Shown: in pieces, positions 14,301-28,680 of the stretch | Layout of the letters: the number at the start of each line of letters is the position of its first letter | Position numbering within the stretch: the first letter of the stretch is position 1 | Assembly (NCBI RefSeq): GCF_009914755.1 | Contig: NC_060935.1 | Direction: 5' to 3' (one strand) | From: the human T2T-CHM13v2.0 reference genome, Homo sapiens | DNA length: 64,000 bases | The notes under the pieces: model-generated | Told to the model about the DNA's origin: nothing | The model's database searches: none | What the model saw: only the letters and a program-made list of their open reading frames with translations | Position numbers and translations under genes: made by a program

Positions 14301-14334
14301 TTGAAAAAATAATAATTTAAAAAATTAAAATGCC
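8382..14334 (+). mobile_element. Full-length LINE-1, L1PA13-like (older primate), sense to USP47, ORFs disrupted
   Basis: 5' GGGAGGGGCCAAGATGGCCG; ORF1 remnants (9286-9937: YVKRPNVQLIGIPE...IQEMQRTP); ORF2 endonuclease (MGDFNTPL), RT and C-terminal remnants (..WNQPKCPSMIDWIKK..); 3'UTR and A-tail; TSD AAAAAAGA(G/T)TAAGA at 8368-8381 and 14336-14349 after TT; subfamily assigned by eye. Confidence 0.93.
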
Positions 14335-15117
14335 AAAAAAAGATTAAGAAAACCTGGTCTGATTTACCTCACTCTTTTACAGGCTGAGACTTTTTCAGAA
14401 TCCTTCTGTTTAATGACGCTTTGCTCAGGAAAGATTGTTCTGTTTGATGCTTTTCATTTAGAAGTTTATTGTGATTAACAATGCCTGTCTGGATACTAGA
14501 CAGTAATTAAACACAGTCCATCTGTACTGAAGCAGTAACAGAATATGCTCTCTGATCTTCATTAATTGCATCATTTAGTTTTATGACATCATGAGAAGAT
14601 TTTGATTAGTCTGAGTGACATTGAAATCTAAAATAGCTATTAATTTAGGGAACTCTGGATTCACAGTTCAGGGATTCATGTTTTTAAATGCATAAGAATT
14701 CTTCAGTTCTGTTCTAATTGCTTGTGCTGCTTTTATGTCCCTTAATCCTTTTCAGCATCTTCCTTATTAAAATGAAGTTTCTTGTCAGAGACAGTAGGAA
14801 ACTATCCATCTCACCAACAATAATTGTGTGTCCCCTATGTGCTAGGCCTACGTGGCCAGGATGATATAAAAATGAATGATAGACTGTCATCACGGAGTAC
14901 AATGGTACTTTTCGTTTATTAGTACCAAAAATCTTCTCTCATGTAAACAGAAAATTTGAAAGAAAATTTAGAAAGTAACACTTTGGAAGGGGGCATGAGC
15001 ACCTTTCCAGAGTGTTTTGTATCAGGCATCATTCAAACCTTCCTACAGGAAATGGTGAATGCTGTTGTTTCAGCAACATTTGCTATTTACTAACTATTTG
15101 AATATGTTGCATTTTAG

Positions 15118-15256
15118 GAGGATTCCAGTGCTGGGGAAGACAGTGTTCATGACAGGTTTATAGGTCCGCTTCCAAGAGAAGGTTCTGGGGGTTCTACCAG
15201 TGATTATGTCAGCCAAAGCTACTCCTACTCATCTATTTTGAATAAATCAGAAACTG
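15118..15256 (+). CDS. USP47: USP47 exon 4 (139 nt, phase 0/1)
   Basis: ttttag|GAGGATTCC...GAAACTG|gtaaga; [46 protein letters not shown]. Confidence 0.96.
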
Positions 15257-15530
15257 GTAAGATTTGTTGTATTTTCATAAAATCATAGGGCATTAGATCC
15301 AAAGTAATCTTAGCGATTTGAAGCCTAATCCTCTTATTTTATGGATAAGAAAACTGAGACCTAGAGCAGGAGTACTAGCTAGCAGCCGCAAAGTTAGAAG
15401 AAGTATGTGGTTTACTTTTCCTTCAACCCACTCGTTTCTACTATATTGCTGCTGCCACTATTTAATAATAACGTAAACATTATTGAATATTATGTTTTTA
15501 AGGAAGACTTTTCTTTTCTTTTTAATTTTC

Positions 15531-15678
15531 TTTTTTTTTTTTTTTTTTTGAGACAGAGTCTTGTTCTGTTGCCCAAGCTGGAGCACAGAAGCTTGATAAT
15601 GGCTCACTGCAGTCTTGAACTCCTGGACTCAATCAATCCTCCCACCTCAGTCCCCTGAGTAGCTGGGATTATAGGTGT
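15531..15678 (-). mobile_element. AluJ right-arm fragment (antisense)
   Basis: poly-T then gagacagagtcttg...ggctcactgcag...gagtagctgggattataggtgt. Confidence 0.85.
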
Positions 15679-15680
15679 AC

Positions 15681-16000
<320 letters not shown>

Positions 16001-16599
16001 ATTCAAGACTTCTTTTAATAATTTTCTATTTTGACTATACTCTGAAATTTTTAAAGTGGACTTCCTCCAGAAAGGAAAGTCTGTGTTGTCTACTTTTACA
16101 GTACTTCCATTTTGAAGCACATGGGCCATGCTTATTTTATGGGTCTGTTGTGTTATCTTTTAGTTTATTCATTTTAGTGCTTGAAATGAATCATGTCATT
16201 TTGAAATTTCTTTTTTTCTCAATACGATTAAGCCTATGTTTTTTAATTTTTTCACTTTATTGAGCAAGTAAAATGGCTTTTTTATGCAAAGGTTTATTTA
16301 CATACAAGATTGTTTAATCGCCTAATGAATAAATCTTGATAAATTTACATATTATTTCATCTTAAAACAAATCTTTGCAATAGATAGTATGTTTTATGTT
16401 GAAGGAAATGAAAACGGGTTCAGAGAAGCCTTTGATTGCATATGTCATTAATGGTGTTTCATGCTAAGTATGGCTTCAGAAACTTTACTCTTAGAACTTC
16501 AAAACAGGTGATTTTAAATATTACATTACAAATATCAGTGTAAAAAGAACACTATAGTGTTACATTGCAGATTGCTTATTTTTAATTTTATTATTATGT

Positions 16600-16984
16600 T
16601 ATAGAGATTAGAGTCTTGCTTTGTCACCCAGGCTGGAGTGCAGTTGTAAGATCATAGCTCACTGCAGCCTCGAACTCCTAGGCTCAAGCGATCCTCCCAC
16701 CCCAGCCTCCCAAGTAGCTAGGACTACAGGTGTGCACCACAATGCCTGTCTTTTAAATTTTTGTAGAGATGAGGTCTCACTATGTTGCCCAGGCTAGTCT
16801 TGAGTAATCTTTCTGCCTCGGCCTCCCAAGTAGCGGGGAATACAGGTGTGCATCACAACGCCTGGCTTTTAAATTTTTCTAGAGATGAGGTCTCACTGTG
16901 TTGCCCAGGCTAGTCTCAAAGTGATCTTCCTGACTCAGCCTCCCAAGTAGCTGGGATTACAGGTAGAAGCCATGGTGCCCAACT
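16600..16984 (-). mobile_element. AluJ with an internal ~116-bp tandem duplication (three arms)
   Basis: gcctcccaagtagc recurs at 16705, 16821 and 16938; ttttaaattttt(g/c)tagagatgaggtctcact appears twice. Confidence 0.85.
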
Positions 16985-17325
16985 CCAGGTTTTGTTTTAA
17001 TGTCATCTGTAATCTTTCGTTTACTATATTTTGTAATTAGAATTTAGAATAATTTCCTCATAGCTAGTTATTGTGCAGCTTTAATGGTTTATTTTTTCTG
17101 GAAATAATAGTAAAACCTGATTATGTTTGGTATTTAGGATTCATTTCTATCAGTAGAACTTTTTGTAGCAAACAACCACAATAAAAAAAATACAAAATTA
17201 TCTTTGATTTCAGATAATAGGAGGTAATTAAACTGTTTCCCATTACACTATCTAGAGTAGTGATTCTCAGATTTTAATTTCTTTAAAATTAATTTTGGGG
17301 GTACTTGTTAAAAATGCAGGTTCCA

Positions 17326-17722
<397 letters not shown>

Positions 17723-20709
17723 TTATTCTGAGATAGCTGAAACACTGTGAGAGAGTTCCAGATTTAACAAATCAAGATTCTTGAGATATTTGCTTTGTCT
17801 TCTGACAATTGATTCAGTCATTTTTGCACCAAGTATTTACAGAACTCCTACTGTGCTTGTACTAACTTCAACTTCCTGTGGCTCTCTGAGGCCTGTGAAT
17901 TCCTTGAGACTAAGACATGCTTTTTTAAAACGCTCTTTCTTTGATTATACAAATATATTAAAATACATGTCATTGTCTTACTATAAAATAAAAAAGTGAA
18001 AATAATTTACAGTACTACTGGCACCACTTCTAGCAATTTTGCATATTTTTATCTTATCTTTCCTCTATATGTGTACTTTTCAGAAAATGGGGAATCATGA
18101 GTAGATTTTTAATTAATGTTTTTCACTTAATACTATATGAGGAGTATTTTTTAATGTTATTAAATAGTATTTTAATATGGGGCTTTAAATGGCTGAAAAA
18201 TAGTTTCATTTTATAGGTTCAGATATTTAAATTGTAATTATTAATATTGCTGATATTATTATGAAAATTCTTATACATACATTTTTGTTTTCATCTCTGA
18301 TTATTTCCTAAAGATAAAAATTCCCAGAAATTATATTAGTAAGTTGAAGTTTACTTAAAAAAATATTTTTAGAAGTCTTTGCTATACATTGCCATGTAAT
18401 CATAGTCTTTGTTCGCATTTACTGTTCCTCACACACCTCTACTCCACTCCCTTTCCCTACCTGTACATTTTCCTCCAGGGTTCTAGGGGTCCTGCCTTCC
18501 TGAGTTACTCTATAAGCATCCAAGGTGGTTGTGTTCAGAAATTATTTTATCAGGGGTTGTGTTCAGAAATTATTGTATCAGATAAAATTATTTAATCAAA
18601 CCATTGAGTTTGCATTTCCTTAAGAAATTATTATAAATTTTGGCACCATGTGTGAAATGTTCTTATTAGAAAATGCTCTCATGATTTTAACTTAGGGCTC
18701 TAGAAACACATTTCTCAGTAAAGCAATGGGTTTGGGTACTCAACATACTCTTTCCTGTCTCTTTCCTACCACTTCCCACTGGTAGCCAGCCACTGTTGAT
18801 AGGAGATGGTGGGTTGGGGAGAAATAAGGAGTAGATTGAAGGCTAATGTGAACTTACAAGTGATTAGAAACTAAATCCATGATACCTGTCTTTGGCCAGT
18901 TTTTTTAACAGCCTTTTTATCTACTTCAGGAGTTGGCCTATTTGATTCCACTTCACTGGGCCTGTTTGATTTCTCCTTCTTTAGTGGTTGGTTCTGTTTA
19001 GGATTTCTTTTTGCATGTGCCCTCTACTGGATGGTATATGTTCTCATATTCTTCTTGCTTACTGACTTATACTAAAAATATTGATTCATAACTATTTCAG
19101 ATGTAGAATCCACTTGATAATAGCTGCCATTTGAAGTTTGTTGATTTAGACAATGCATAATGAGAAAGGTTTCTGTTAATTCATTAGCACTTTTAATAGT
19201 GTCACCAAAATCGTCATACTTTTGGAAAATAGTACATTTATGTGACACAGTGTTCATTCTGTTTAAATATGGTGCCAAATCAAGTACAAAAGATCATAGA
19301 GTCATATGTGATTTTTATACCTGATGGTAAAATAAAGAGCTATGGCAAAAATTAATTGCCATTACTCTCTTCTTCTCTTCTCAAGCCTACCCCGAAAACA
19401 TTTTTTTAAGCCCAGTAAAGGGAAACAAGGTCACAAACAAGTGATACATGATTGATGTGTATGTACACAAAGGATGATAGTAGTATTCATTTACCTTGTA
19501 AGGCTCCAAGTAGATTGGTTCTCCCCCAGACTGTTGAGGAATTGGGAGGAGGAGGACGGAGAAGAAAAGAAATCCCAGAGCAGCCTCAGCTCAGAAGAAG
19601 ATACAGAACAATTGGTCTCCTGGACAAATTGCTGTTGTTTGTGGGAAAGGCTCTGTTTGTATGAACTAATGAAATAATGTTTTTTATTATTAATAATCAG
19701 CTTAGATACCATACAAACTTGTGTTACTTGTAAGTCATACACATTGCCCTCTCATGTGCATCTGCTGCTGTGCTAAGTAATAGGAGAGATAGAAGTCAGA
19801 TTCAATCCCTGCTTTCACAGTCTGATGGGGGAGACATATAAGCAAATGGGTCGTTACAAAACAGTGAGATAAAGGCTCTAATACGGATTAAATATAGGAT
19901 CCTATGAGAACAACTCAAGTGGGGAATAGTCTGGAATAGAAGCAGTTTAAAATAATGCAATGATGTAGATTAAGATATAAACCACCCATGCATACACGGT
20001 TCTTAAAATAAAGGTGAAAAAAATAAAAGCTTGAACCTTAGTACAAAGTGAAAAGCAGATAGCTACCATGCTTGGTCTTTTCTTGGAATCCTATAAGTAC
20101 AGATGGTGTGGATACATATCACCCTTTGCACAGCATGCTGATCTATAGAATTTCATTGACAGGCTTGTTGAAACAGATGAAGTCACTCTGCATTACTTAG
20201 AGTCTCAGCTTTTGTGAGTTTGCATGTAGTGAATTTATCTCGTATGTTATTCATTCTTACAGAAATTGGCTTATAGGGCTTGATGACAGGGGTAACTGGT
20301 CCTGTATAGTCTTTCTACACTGGATGTGTGTGGTGCTGTTTAAAGTGAATATGTTTATGCTTTTCCATTATAATCTAGTTTAATATGTTTAAAAGTTTAA
20401 TATGTTTAAACGTTTAGATTTTGGGGGAAAAAGTTTATGTCTATGCCAGTAACACATACTTTACTGAACATATTACTCTTAAAATGTTAATGTCATATAA
20501 TCTCCATGTGTACCTCTGGACATATCTATAACAAGGTATCCTGACATTTTCTACAAAACAAAGCTTACTTAGAGCACATATTAGAAAAGGGATCTTTTCT
20601 TAGGTGCTGTTGAACAAGTTGAAATAATTTCCAAATGAGTAGTAACTTTAACCTCTGAATCTTTACTGTGAATTAAATTCTTATTATGTTTTTGTTATTT
20701 TTAATGTAA

Positions 20710-20844
<135 letters not shown>

Positions 20845-23024
20845 TGAGTATTCAAAAAAATTGTATACATAAAATTGATTTAAGAATGAAAATATCACTT
20901 TTAACAAAATTTATCTTCTTGCAGTTATTTTAAAGTTTGGGGCATTTCTCACACCATAAGATATAACTTCTTTCCTTACGTAATAACAAAGATCTTGTGA
21001 AAAACAGGTATATGAAAAATGTGTGCGGAGAGAGAATCAGAAGTATATAGAGAGCAAAAGGATAAAATTGATGAGATTTACATGTAGGGTAAAAAGCTTC
21101 CCTCTCTTGTAGCCTTAACACCCTTTATGAAGAAATAAATAACTGCTTTTGAGAGAATTCGAATATATAAATCCATACTCTCCTTCCACCTCTCAATTTA
21201 AGTATCCAAAGTTTTTTTTTAACTTGCAAGTTTTGTTTCTAATTAAAATATAATACTTACAGCTTGTTTCATGTGCGTGTGTGTTTCTTTCTAAAAGACT
21301 CCATATACATTAGATAGTTTAAAATGCTCTATGGAGGAAGTCTATGTTTAAGTAAACCCTGAAGTCAGACATTTATTTTTATGAATATCCTATTATGACA
21401 CATTTAACACACCTTTGCTTTGTATATTTTCTTTAAGATAAACACATAATTTTTTAGTTTTTAAGGATACTTTTAAGTATGAGTAAACTGATTTTTTTTT
21501 CCTTTTTTGTGTTACTTTCCACTAACATCTTTAAATTACTGTAAATATGTATTTAGGTTATTTTTGGAACTTTTAATATTGCTGATTGTGTTACTCAACA
21601 TTATATCACCATTAGATTAATCTGTCAGCTTGTTATCTGAACTTACAGAAGTTGATGTATTTGTCATTCTGTATGCATGTATTGCCCTGTAGTGTTTAAA
21701 TGCTAGGCACTTGGTGGATAGAGAGGGAATTAGTAATAAGATCTTTGTTCTTGAGTAATTTATAAGTCTTTCTACAATAGCAATATGTATATGTTTGAAA
21801 TAGTTTAAATAACATTTAAAGACAGCCAAATACCATTAGAGTTTAAAGAGAAGAAAGGTTGGTGAAACTTGGAGAAGAAAGTAAGCTTCAGGTAGGTCAT
21901 GAAGCTAGATATGGTTTGGCCAGGTTGAGAAGAAAGAGAATACACTGTGCAGATAGGAGGCCTGTCAAAAGTGAAAGTGAATAATAGGAAGGGCTACCTG
22001 AGTGTTAGTCATTGTTTGTATCAGATAGTGTTCCGAGCACTTTATATATAGACTCACTTAATTCTCATAGTAACTGTATGAATTTTATGCTATTATTGTC
22101 CGCATTTTACAAAGAAGGTAACTGAAGGCACAGAGAAATATAGCTTTGCCTGAAAGCACACTGCTAGAAGTTGCACCTAGTAGATGCCAGGATTCACTAC
22201 TCTGTTCTGCCTGTGCACTAGCGGATGCCAATAAGCACAGTGTGTTGCGGGGGGCTTCAGGAGATCAGCATAACCAGAGTTTTGTCAGAGTACTGGAGGA
22301 TGAGGTTAATAAATAGAGTTCAGAGCCTGCTCTCAAAACTAGCACAGACCAGATCGTTGGACAATGTGCCTGTTTTAGGGAGTATGCACAGGAATGGGGA
22401 TCCTGGGCACTTCTTTAACCATCTGTTTTAATACTCTGAAAGTGGACTGTAAATTTACAGCACTGTAGAGGAAATTAAGAGCATAGCCAGGGCTATTCAT
22501 CAGCAAACATGTATTGGATATTTACTGTGTGCTAGGCATTCTTTTAGGTATAAGGATTAGAGTGATGAGTAAGAGAAAGTACCTCATTTAGAGCTTCCTT
22601 AGGTAAACCTATATATAAGCTCATTTCACAGAATCGTGTATGCCAGGTAGAAAATAAAGCTGAGTAATGTGGAGGGAGTAATTGTCAGGAGAAGAGGAGG
22701 GGAGGGTCACAGCTTCAGGTAGTAGACAGTAAGGGCCTCCCTGAGGACATTCCAGGAACTTCACAGGAACAAGCCCTCTAAAGATTTACAGTAAGAGCAT
22801 ACAAGGCATAAGAAGCCAGAAGTGTAAAGGTCTTCAAAAAACAAAAGAAACTAGAAATCCGTTGTGACAATCCTGGTGAGTAAGGAAGTAGGAGACAGAC
22901 ATGAGGTCAAACAGAAAGGAAGGCCTTGAGATTGTGAGAATAGAGTGAAGTTTATAGCAGGTGGGGAAACAAAGCCTGAGAGCACTCATGATGTTTCTTA
23001 ATGTAGAACTAAGAACCTCATTGA

Positions 23025-23265
23025 ACTATCCACAGAGTAGTGCTAGTGGAAAAGGATAGACTATCCACAGAGTAGCGCTACCATGAAAGGATAGACTAGC
23101 CACAGAGTACCACTAGCGTAAAAGGATAGACTATCTAGAGAGTAGCACTAGTGTAAAAGGATAGACTAGAGAGTAGAGCTAGCGTAAAAGGATTGACTAT
23201 CCAGAGAGTAGCCCTAGCATAAAAGGATAAAGTATCCAGAGAGTAGTGCTAGGATAAAAGGATAG
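23025..23265. repeat. Minisatellite, about 7 x 35 bp (ACTATCCASAGAGTAGYRCTAGYRTAAAAGGATAG)
   Basis: seven diverged tandem units read directly. Confidence 0.92.
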
Positions 23266-23290
23266 GGTTTTGTTTATTTTCTTCACTTTT

Positions 23291-23591
23291 TTTTTTTTTT
23301 TTTTTTTTTTGAGACGGAGTCTCGCTGTCGCCCAGGCTGGAGTGCAGTGGCGCGATCTCGGCTCACTGCAGGCTCTGCCTCCTGGGGTTCATGTTCATTC
23401 TCCTGCCTCAGCCTCCCAAGTAGCTGGGACTACAGGCGCCAGCCACCTCGCCAGGCTAATTTTTTGTATTTTTAGTAGAGATGGGGTTTCACCGTGTTAG
23501 CCAGGATGGTCTCGATCTCCTGACCTCGTGATCCGCCCGCCTTGGCCTCCCAAAGTGCTGGGATTACAGGCGTGAGCCACCGCGCCCGGCC
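23291..23591 (-). mobile_element. AluY (antisense), CpG-rich, 16-bp TSD
   Basis: AluY diagnostic ccgtgttagccaggatggtctcgatctcctgacctcgtgatccgccc; TSD TATTTTCTTCACTTTT at 23275-23290 and 23592-23607. Confidence 0.95.
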
Positions 23592-24786
23592 TATTTTCTT
23601 CACTTTTTGCATAGTAGCCAACAGAGAACCTGCCACTTGATTTGGAGTCATATACGTGATGGGTTAAATACATTGTTTTAGGAAAGTTTATATAGTGCAG
23701 TGTACAGGATTGATTTGAAAGATAGAGAACCCCGGAGGAATCTGTTATTAAACCAGGCATGGATATATTAGAGTCAGAATGATGATGGTGGCAGTGGTTA
23801 CATTTCAGATTGAAAACTAACATGGCTTAGTGACAAATTTTACTTAGGAGTAAAGGAAAGGAAAGAATCACATATGCACCAAAGTTTCTAACTAAGATGA
23901 CTAAAGTAACGGCAAGTACCAGCAAGACTTAAAACCTTTTCAGGTATTTGTACCAGGACTAAAGGACAGGTGAGAATTCAGTCTTATTTTACAGTAATTC
24001 CTCCCTATTAGTGAATTTACCACACAAGAAATTTGAGCATTTTCTGTTTTAACCAATATTTTCTCACAGTTAACAAGAGAATTTTTGATCTCATAATGTC
24101 AGTTATAAGTACCCGCTATTGAAGATAACCAGAAAAAAGGGAGCTGGGGATTGAGAATAGAAGAGGGGAGGATTAAAGCAGAAGTAAGGTATTGAATAGA
24201 GGTGTTTGCAGGGAAGCCTTGAGAAGAAAAAGGTGAAATGTACTTCATTGACTTCTGTGAGGCGGAAGGGAGTGCCAGTGTGTAACAAAAGGAAGATGAG
24301 AACAGAGCTGTGACTTCTCAGTCCTAAAGTAAGAAAAATATTGAACACTCTAATAGAAAGCCATTCCCAAAAGAAAAAAAAAAGTCTTTTAGTATGTCTG
24401 TAAAGTGCATCAGAGAAAAATTAAAGCTCAAACCTCCTTTTGAAACTAAAAAGTGGGGAAATAGTAATCTTACTCCTAACTTAAGATGTAAAATAACATT
24501 AATATTGTTGTTACTTAATATTTTGTCTTAGGTGTATATTATGAATACAGAATTATTTTAAAGACTTTGGTGGGTACATTACCAACTTTAGTACCTCAAT
24601 CTTATTTCTTTCCATGAGATCTTAAGTTCTTCAGTTGGGAATTCACTTGTTATTGAGACAGTAGCTGTAGCTAGGGCTAGACTGCTGTTTATCATAAGTT
24701 TGTGAGGGTGAAAATCTTACCTGGATTATTATTTTGTTTACTTTCTTATATTCCCTTTCAAAAGCTTTTTATTATGGAAAATTTTA

Positions 24787-25146
<360 letters not shown>

Positions 25147-25846
25147 TCAGCTTTGAATATTATTAATATCAACTCATAGTCAATCTTTTTTGTCTATACC
25201 CTCCAACTTGATTGTTTGGAAGCATACCTCCATCATATCATCTGTAAATTATATCTCAGGTCAGGGCTACGATTTCCCTGATTGCGTCATTTAACAATTT
25301 GTTTAAATCAAGATCCATATGAGCTGTATATTGCAGTTGATTAATAAAATTCTTAATCTATTTAATTTGTTTATAATCCTCTTTCATCTTTTTTCATCCT
25401 TGCAATTTATTCCCTGCAAAAAATAGAAAGAAAACTGATGTCATCTATCCTGTAGTTTTCCACAGTTTGGGTTTTGATGGTTGTATGCCGTAGTATCTCA
25501 CGTAATAGTATTCTTCTGTTTCCTGTATTTTTGTGAATTAATAATTAGGACAGAGGTTATGGTCAGATTCAGGTTCCACAGTTAAATGAGCTTTGCCTTC
25601 TTTTCTTGAGCACTTTTGCCTTGTTATGCCTTGTTATGCCTTTTCTTGTTAAAGTCTAAAGTTCTTCTGAATTTATGAATTAGGGAAACACTAATGTTTC
25701 ATTAGATATTATTAGTTTCAATTAGCATTCAAACTCTGTATAGCTTCCAGGATTAAAATCTTACATTATTATGATTTTGATATTAATTATGCTTTTAAAT
25801 AATAAAATCATTTTATAAATACTTTATTAACATTTTATTTTAATAG

Positions 25847-25992
25847 GTGGGAATTTGAAGAATCTGAAGAAGATCCAGTGACAAGTATTCCATACCAACT
25901 TCAAAGGCTTTTTGTTTTGTTACAAACCAGCAAAAAGAGAGCAATTGAAACCACAGATGTTACAAGGAGCTTTGGATGGGATAGTAGTGAGG
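25847..25992 (+). CDS. USP47: USP47 exon 6 (146 nt)
   Basis: taatag|GTGGGAA...AGTGAGG|gtacta; [48 protein letters not shown]. Confidence 0.96.
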
Positions 25993-26394
25993 GTACTAAT
26001 TCTCTTGTAATGATAAGCGTTCTAATATTCAAACAAATTCTAGAAGACAATAATATTACAAACACATTACACATAATTACCTTTATCTTAAACCTTTCAT
26101 TGCAAGTTTGTTGTCATATATTTTCTAACACATTTCATAACTCTACAATGAAAAATAACAAACATGACAAATATTGTAGCACCATAAAGCATATATTATT
26201 TATAGAATGCTGCAATCTATTTTCTGGCGTGTGATTTCCTTTTCATGACTGTCATGTATATTCTTATGTTCTTTTTTAAATTTGGCATTATTTAAGGTAG
26301 ACTTCAATATTTCTGTCTATTTGCTTTTAAACAACAGATTGTTTCATTACATAAAGTTTATAGCTATTTCTAATTGAATTTTATCTTAAAACAG

Positions 26395-26474
26395 CTTGGC
26401 AGCAGCATGATGTACAAGAACTATGCAGAGTCATGTTTGATGCTTTGGAACAGAAATGGAAGCAAACAGAACAG
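26395..26474 (+). CDS. USP47: USP47 exon 7 (80 nt); QHDVQE motif
   Basis: aaacag|CTTGGCAG...GAACAG|gtaatt; [27 protein letters not shown]. Confidence 0.96.
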
Positions 26475-27135
26475 GTAATTTATATCTCTCAAATCAAGGG
26501 GACTGTTTCCTAATAAATCACTTGTTACCCTAAATGACTTTTATTCTGTTGGAATGTTTTAAAACTTGGGCATTAGTCTCATGGTTAAAGTACCCAATGG
26601 GAAATTGAAAGTACTGAGTTCTCATTTAGCCATTAACTGAGTTATAAATACCATCATTAAACCACCCTAGACCTCAGTTTTCTCATCTTTAAGGAAATTG
26701 GGCTGTATAACCTGGAAGTTCTCTTTTAGCTCTGAAAATTATACATTTAAAAACTGTATATATGTGTTTTGGGGATGATTTTTGAACAGCATTTTCAGAT
26801 AATTAGGTAAATTATATGTTTTGTAATCTGTAACACAAGTATAGTCATGAAGCATTACCTTTATTTTGACCAATGAAATATAGTCATATGTATTTGACAT
26901 TTAGGATCCTCATTAATCTAACCCGATTCTTATGTAATGGAAAGAGGAGCAGGTTAGAAGTGGAAAGAACATTAGATGTTGGGATGAGGAGTAAGGCTGA
27001 ATGGGATGGGGCTCAATACATGGGAGGGTTTATACTGGGTATAGTAAATGAAGGTCACAGGGATAAAAGGGGAAGAGTATATAAGGTAGCTAGAAGGGTC
27101 TGATATCTGATTGGAACTACTGTGATGGCTTGGAC

Positions 27136-27356
27136 CAGTTTTTCCAAATGTAGATTACAATCTATTCACGGGTTATAAAATCAGTTTATTGGGCCTACAA
27201 CAGCATTTTCAAAAAATGGAATAGAATAGAGCATAAGAGAACATCACATAAGAGTAAGTATTATTTTATAAAGCTCTTGTTACAGTTATATGCACTGGGT
27301 TGCAGTGTAAATTATTTTCTTATGGTGATTTGCTATTCAGTATTTGAAAAACACTG
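27136..27356. mobile_element. hAT/Charlie-type non-autonomous DNA transposon
   Basis: TIRs CAGTTTTTCCAAA...TTTGAAAAACACTG; degenerate 8-bp TSD gcttggac/gtttgaac. Confidence 0.7.
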
Positions 27357-28530
27357 GTTTGAACCACTTCAAAAGGCCGTCCTAGGTGAAGAAGACAATC
27401 ACATATGACTGACGCTGATGAATGAAGAAGGCTTCATTAAATAAGTGGTTTTAGTGTAGACAGTGACGGTCAATCCAGTTTGAAGGCTTATAAATCCTAT
27501 TTGTTTGAAGAAATGTAAGTTTATGAAAGAGGCAAGATGTAGTACACTTATCCTCATGCCTGTTCTTACTTAGGAGATTATGAAAAAATTTTTAAGTTCA
27601 TTTAGTGATCTAGTTTCTCTCATAGTCTTATGGGGCTGTGTTTTAGTAACTATGTAGATGGTATTGGGGGCTGTTTCTTCTTCATAGATCTGAAGTTACT
27701 CTTTTTCCTGGTTACATCCCTTTCTGTGGGTCAGCACTTCCATTAAGATCAGCTGGGGCATTCCTACTGAGTTCCCAAGTTTTGGTACAAAACTCTTTGG
27801 TCCTTACTTAGGGAGTTACCTACCGCCTTTGAGTCAGAAAAGCCCTAGTTAACTAAGTTTGGGGACTAGGTGAGAGATCCATTCTTTTAGGTGAGGATAT
27901 TTTGAGAGAGGTGGATTTTAAGATTTTTTTTGAATTTCCATACATTTTAAAAAGATTATGGTGTAATATTTCTCTATAAAATTGTGTTATGTATATTACT
28001 GAAAGCTAAAAAGTTTGATTTGCATCTTGAGCTAGAGGATATGATTTATACATCAGAATATATTATTGTGAGAAGTGATATACATATGTAAGTTATAAAA
28101 ACTCAACCAATTGTTTAGCTGTATAATTATTAACATGCTTAAAGTGATAGGTTAGGATTTACTCTCATCTTAATGTAAAGATAATTTGAGGCTTAATTGG
28201 TAACTGATTTCATCAAAACATTAATCGTTCGGTTTTCTCATGATGAATATTGAAATCGTTAATTTTTGCACACTGACTCAAATTAGTGTTAATCTAATTT
28301 TATTGATTTTAGGTTATTTGTGTTGTTTTGATTTTTTCTATAAAATTTTAGATAAATCTTAAATATTACATAATATATAATAATAAATATAGATAAATAT
28401 TAATGTTTTCAAAGATTTTAGCTGTAAATATCAATATCCTTTTGTAAACCATTCTAAAAAGTGTAGAATGTTACATGTTTTAAAGGTTATTTTTAAGGAA
28501 CACTTAAAAATGTAAATATTTTATTTTTAG

Positions 28531-28680
28531 GCTGATCTTATAAATGAGCTATATCAAGGCAAGCTGAAGGACTACGTGAGATGTCTGGAATGTGGTTATG
28601 AGGGCTGGCGAATCGACACATATCTTGATATTCCATTGGTCATCCGACCTTATGGGTCCAGCCAAGCATTTGCTAGTGTG
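28531..28680 (+). CDS. USP47: USP47 exon 8 (150 nt, phase 0/0); first CxxC of the fingers subdomain; weak donor
   Basis: ttttag|GCTGATCTT...GCTAGTGTG|gtgtgt; [50 protein letters not shown] joins in frame to EEALH. Confidence 0.93.

Noticed and set aside
15115-15120. TAG-GAG tandem (NAGNAG) acceptor at exon 4
   Set aside because: GAG is rarely used as a distal acceptor and the effect would be a single Glu.
23025-23265. CRISPR-like array of ~35-bp palindromic repeats
   Set aside because: Units are contiguous with no unique spacers, no cas genes, and a human intronic context: it is a minisatellite.
25878-26234. ORF-track extensions of exons 6 and 17 (also 62186-62467) into introns
   Set aside because: USP47 similarity stops at canonical donors; the tails are AT-rich intron read-through.
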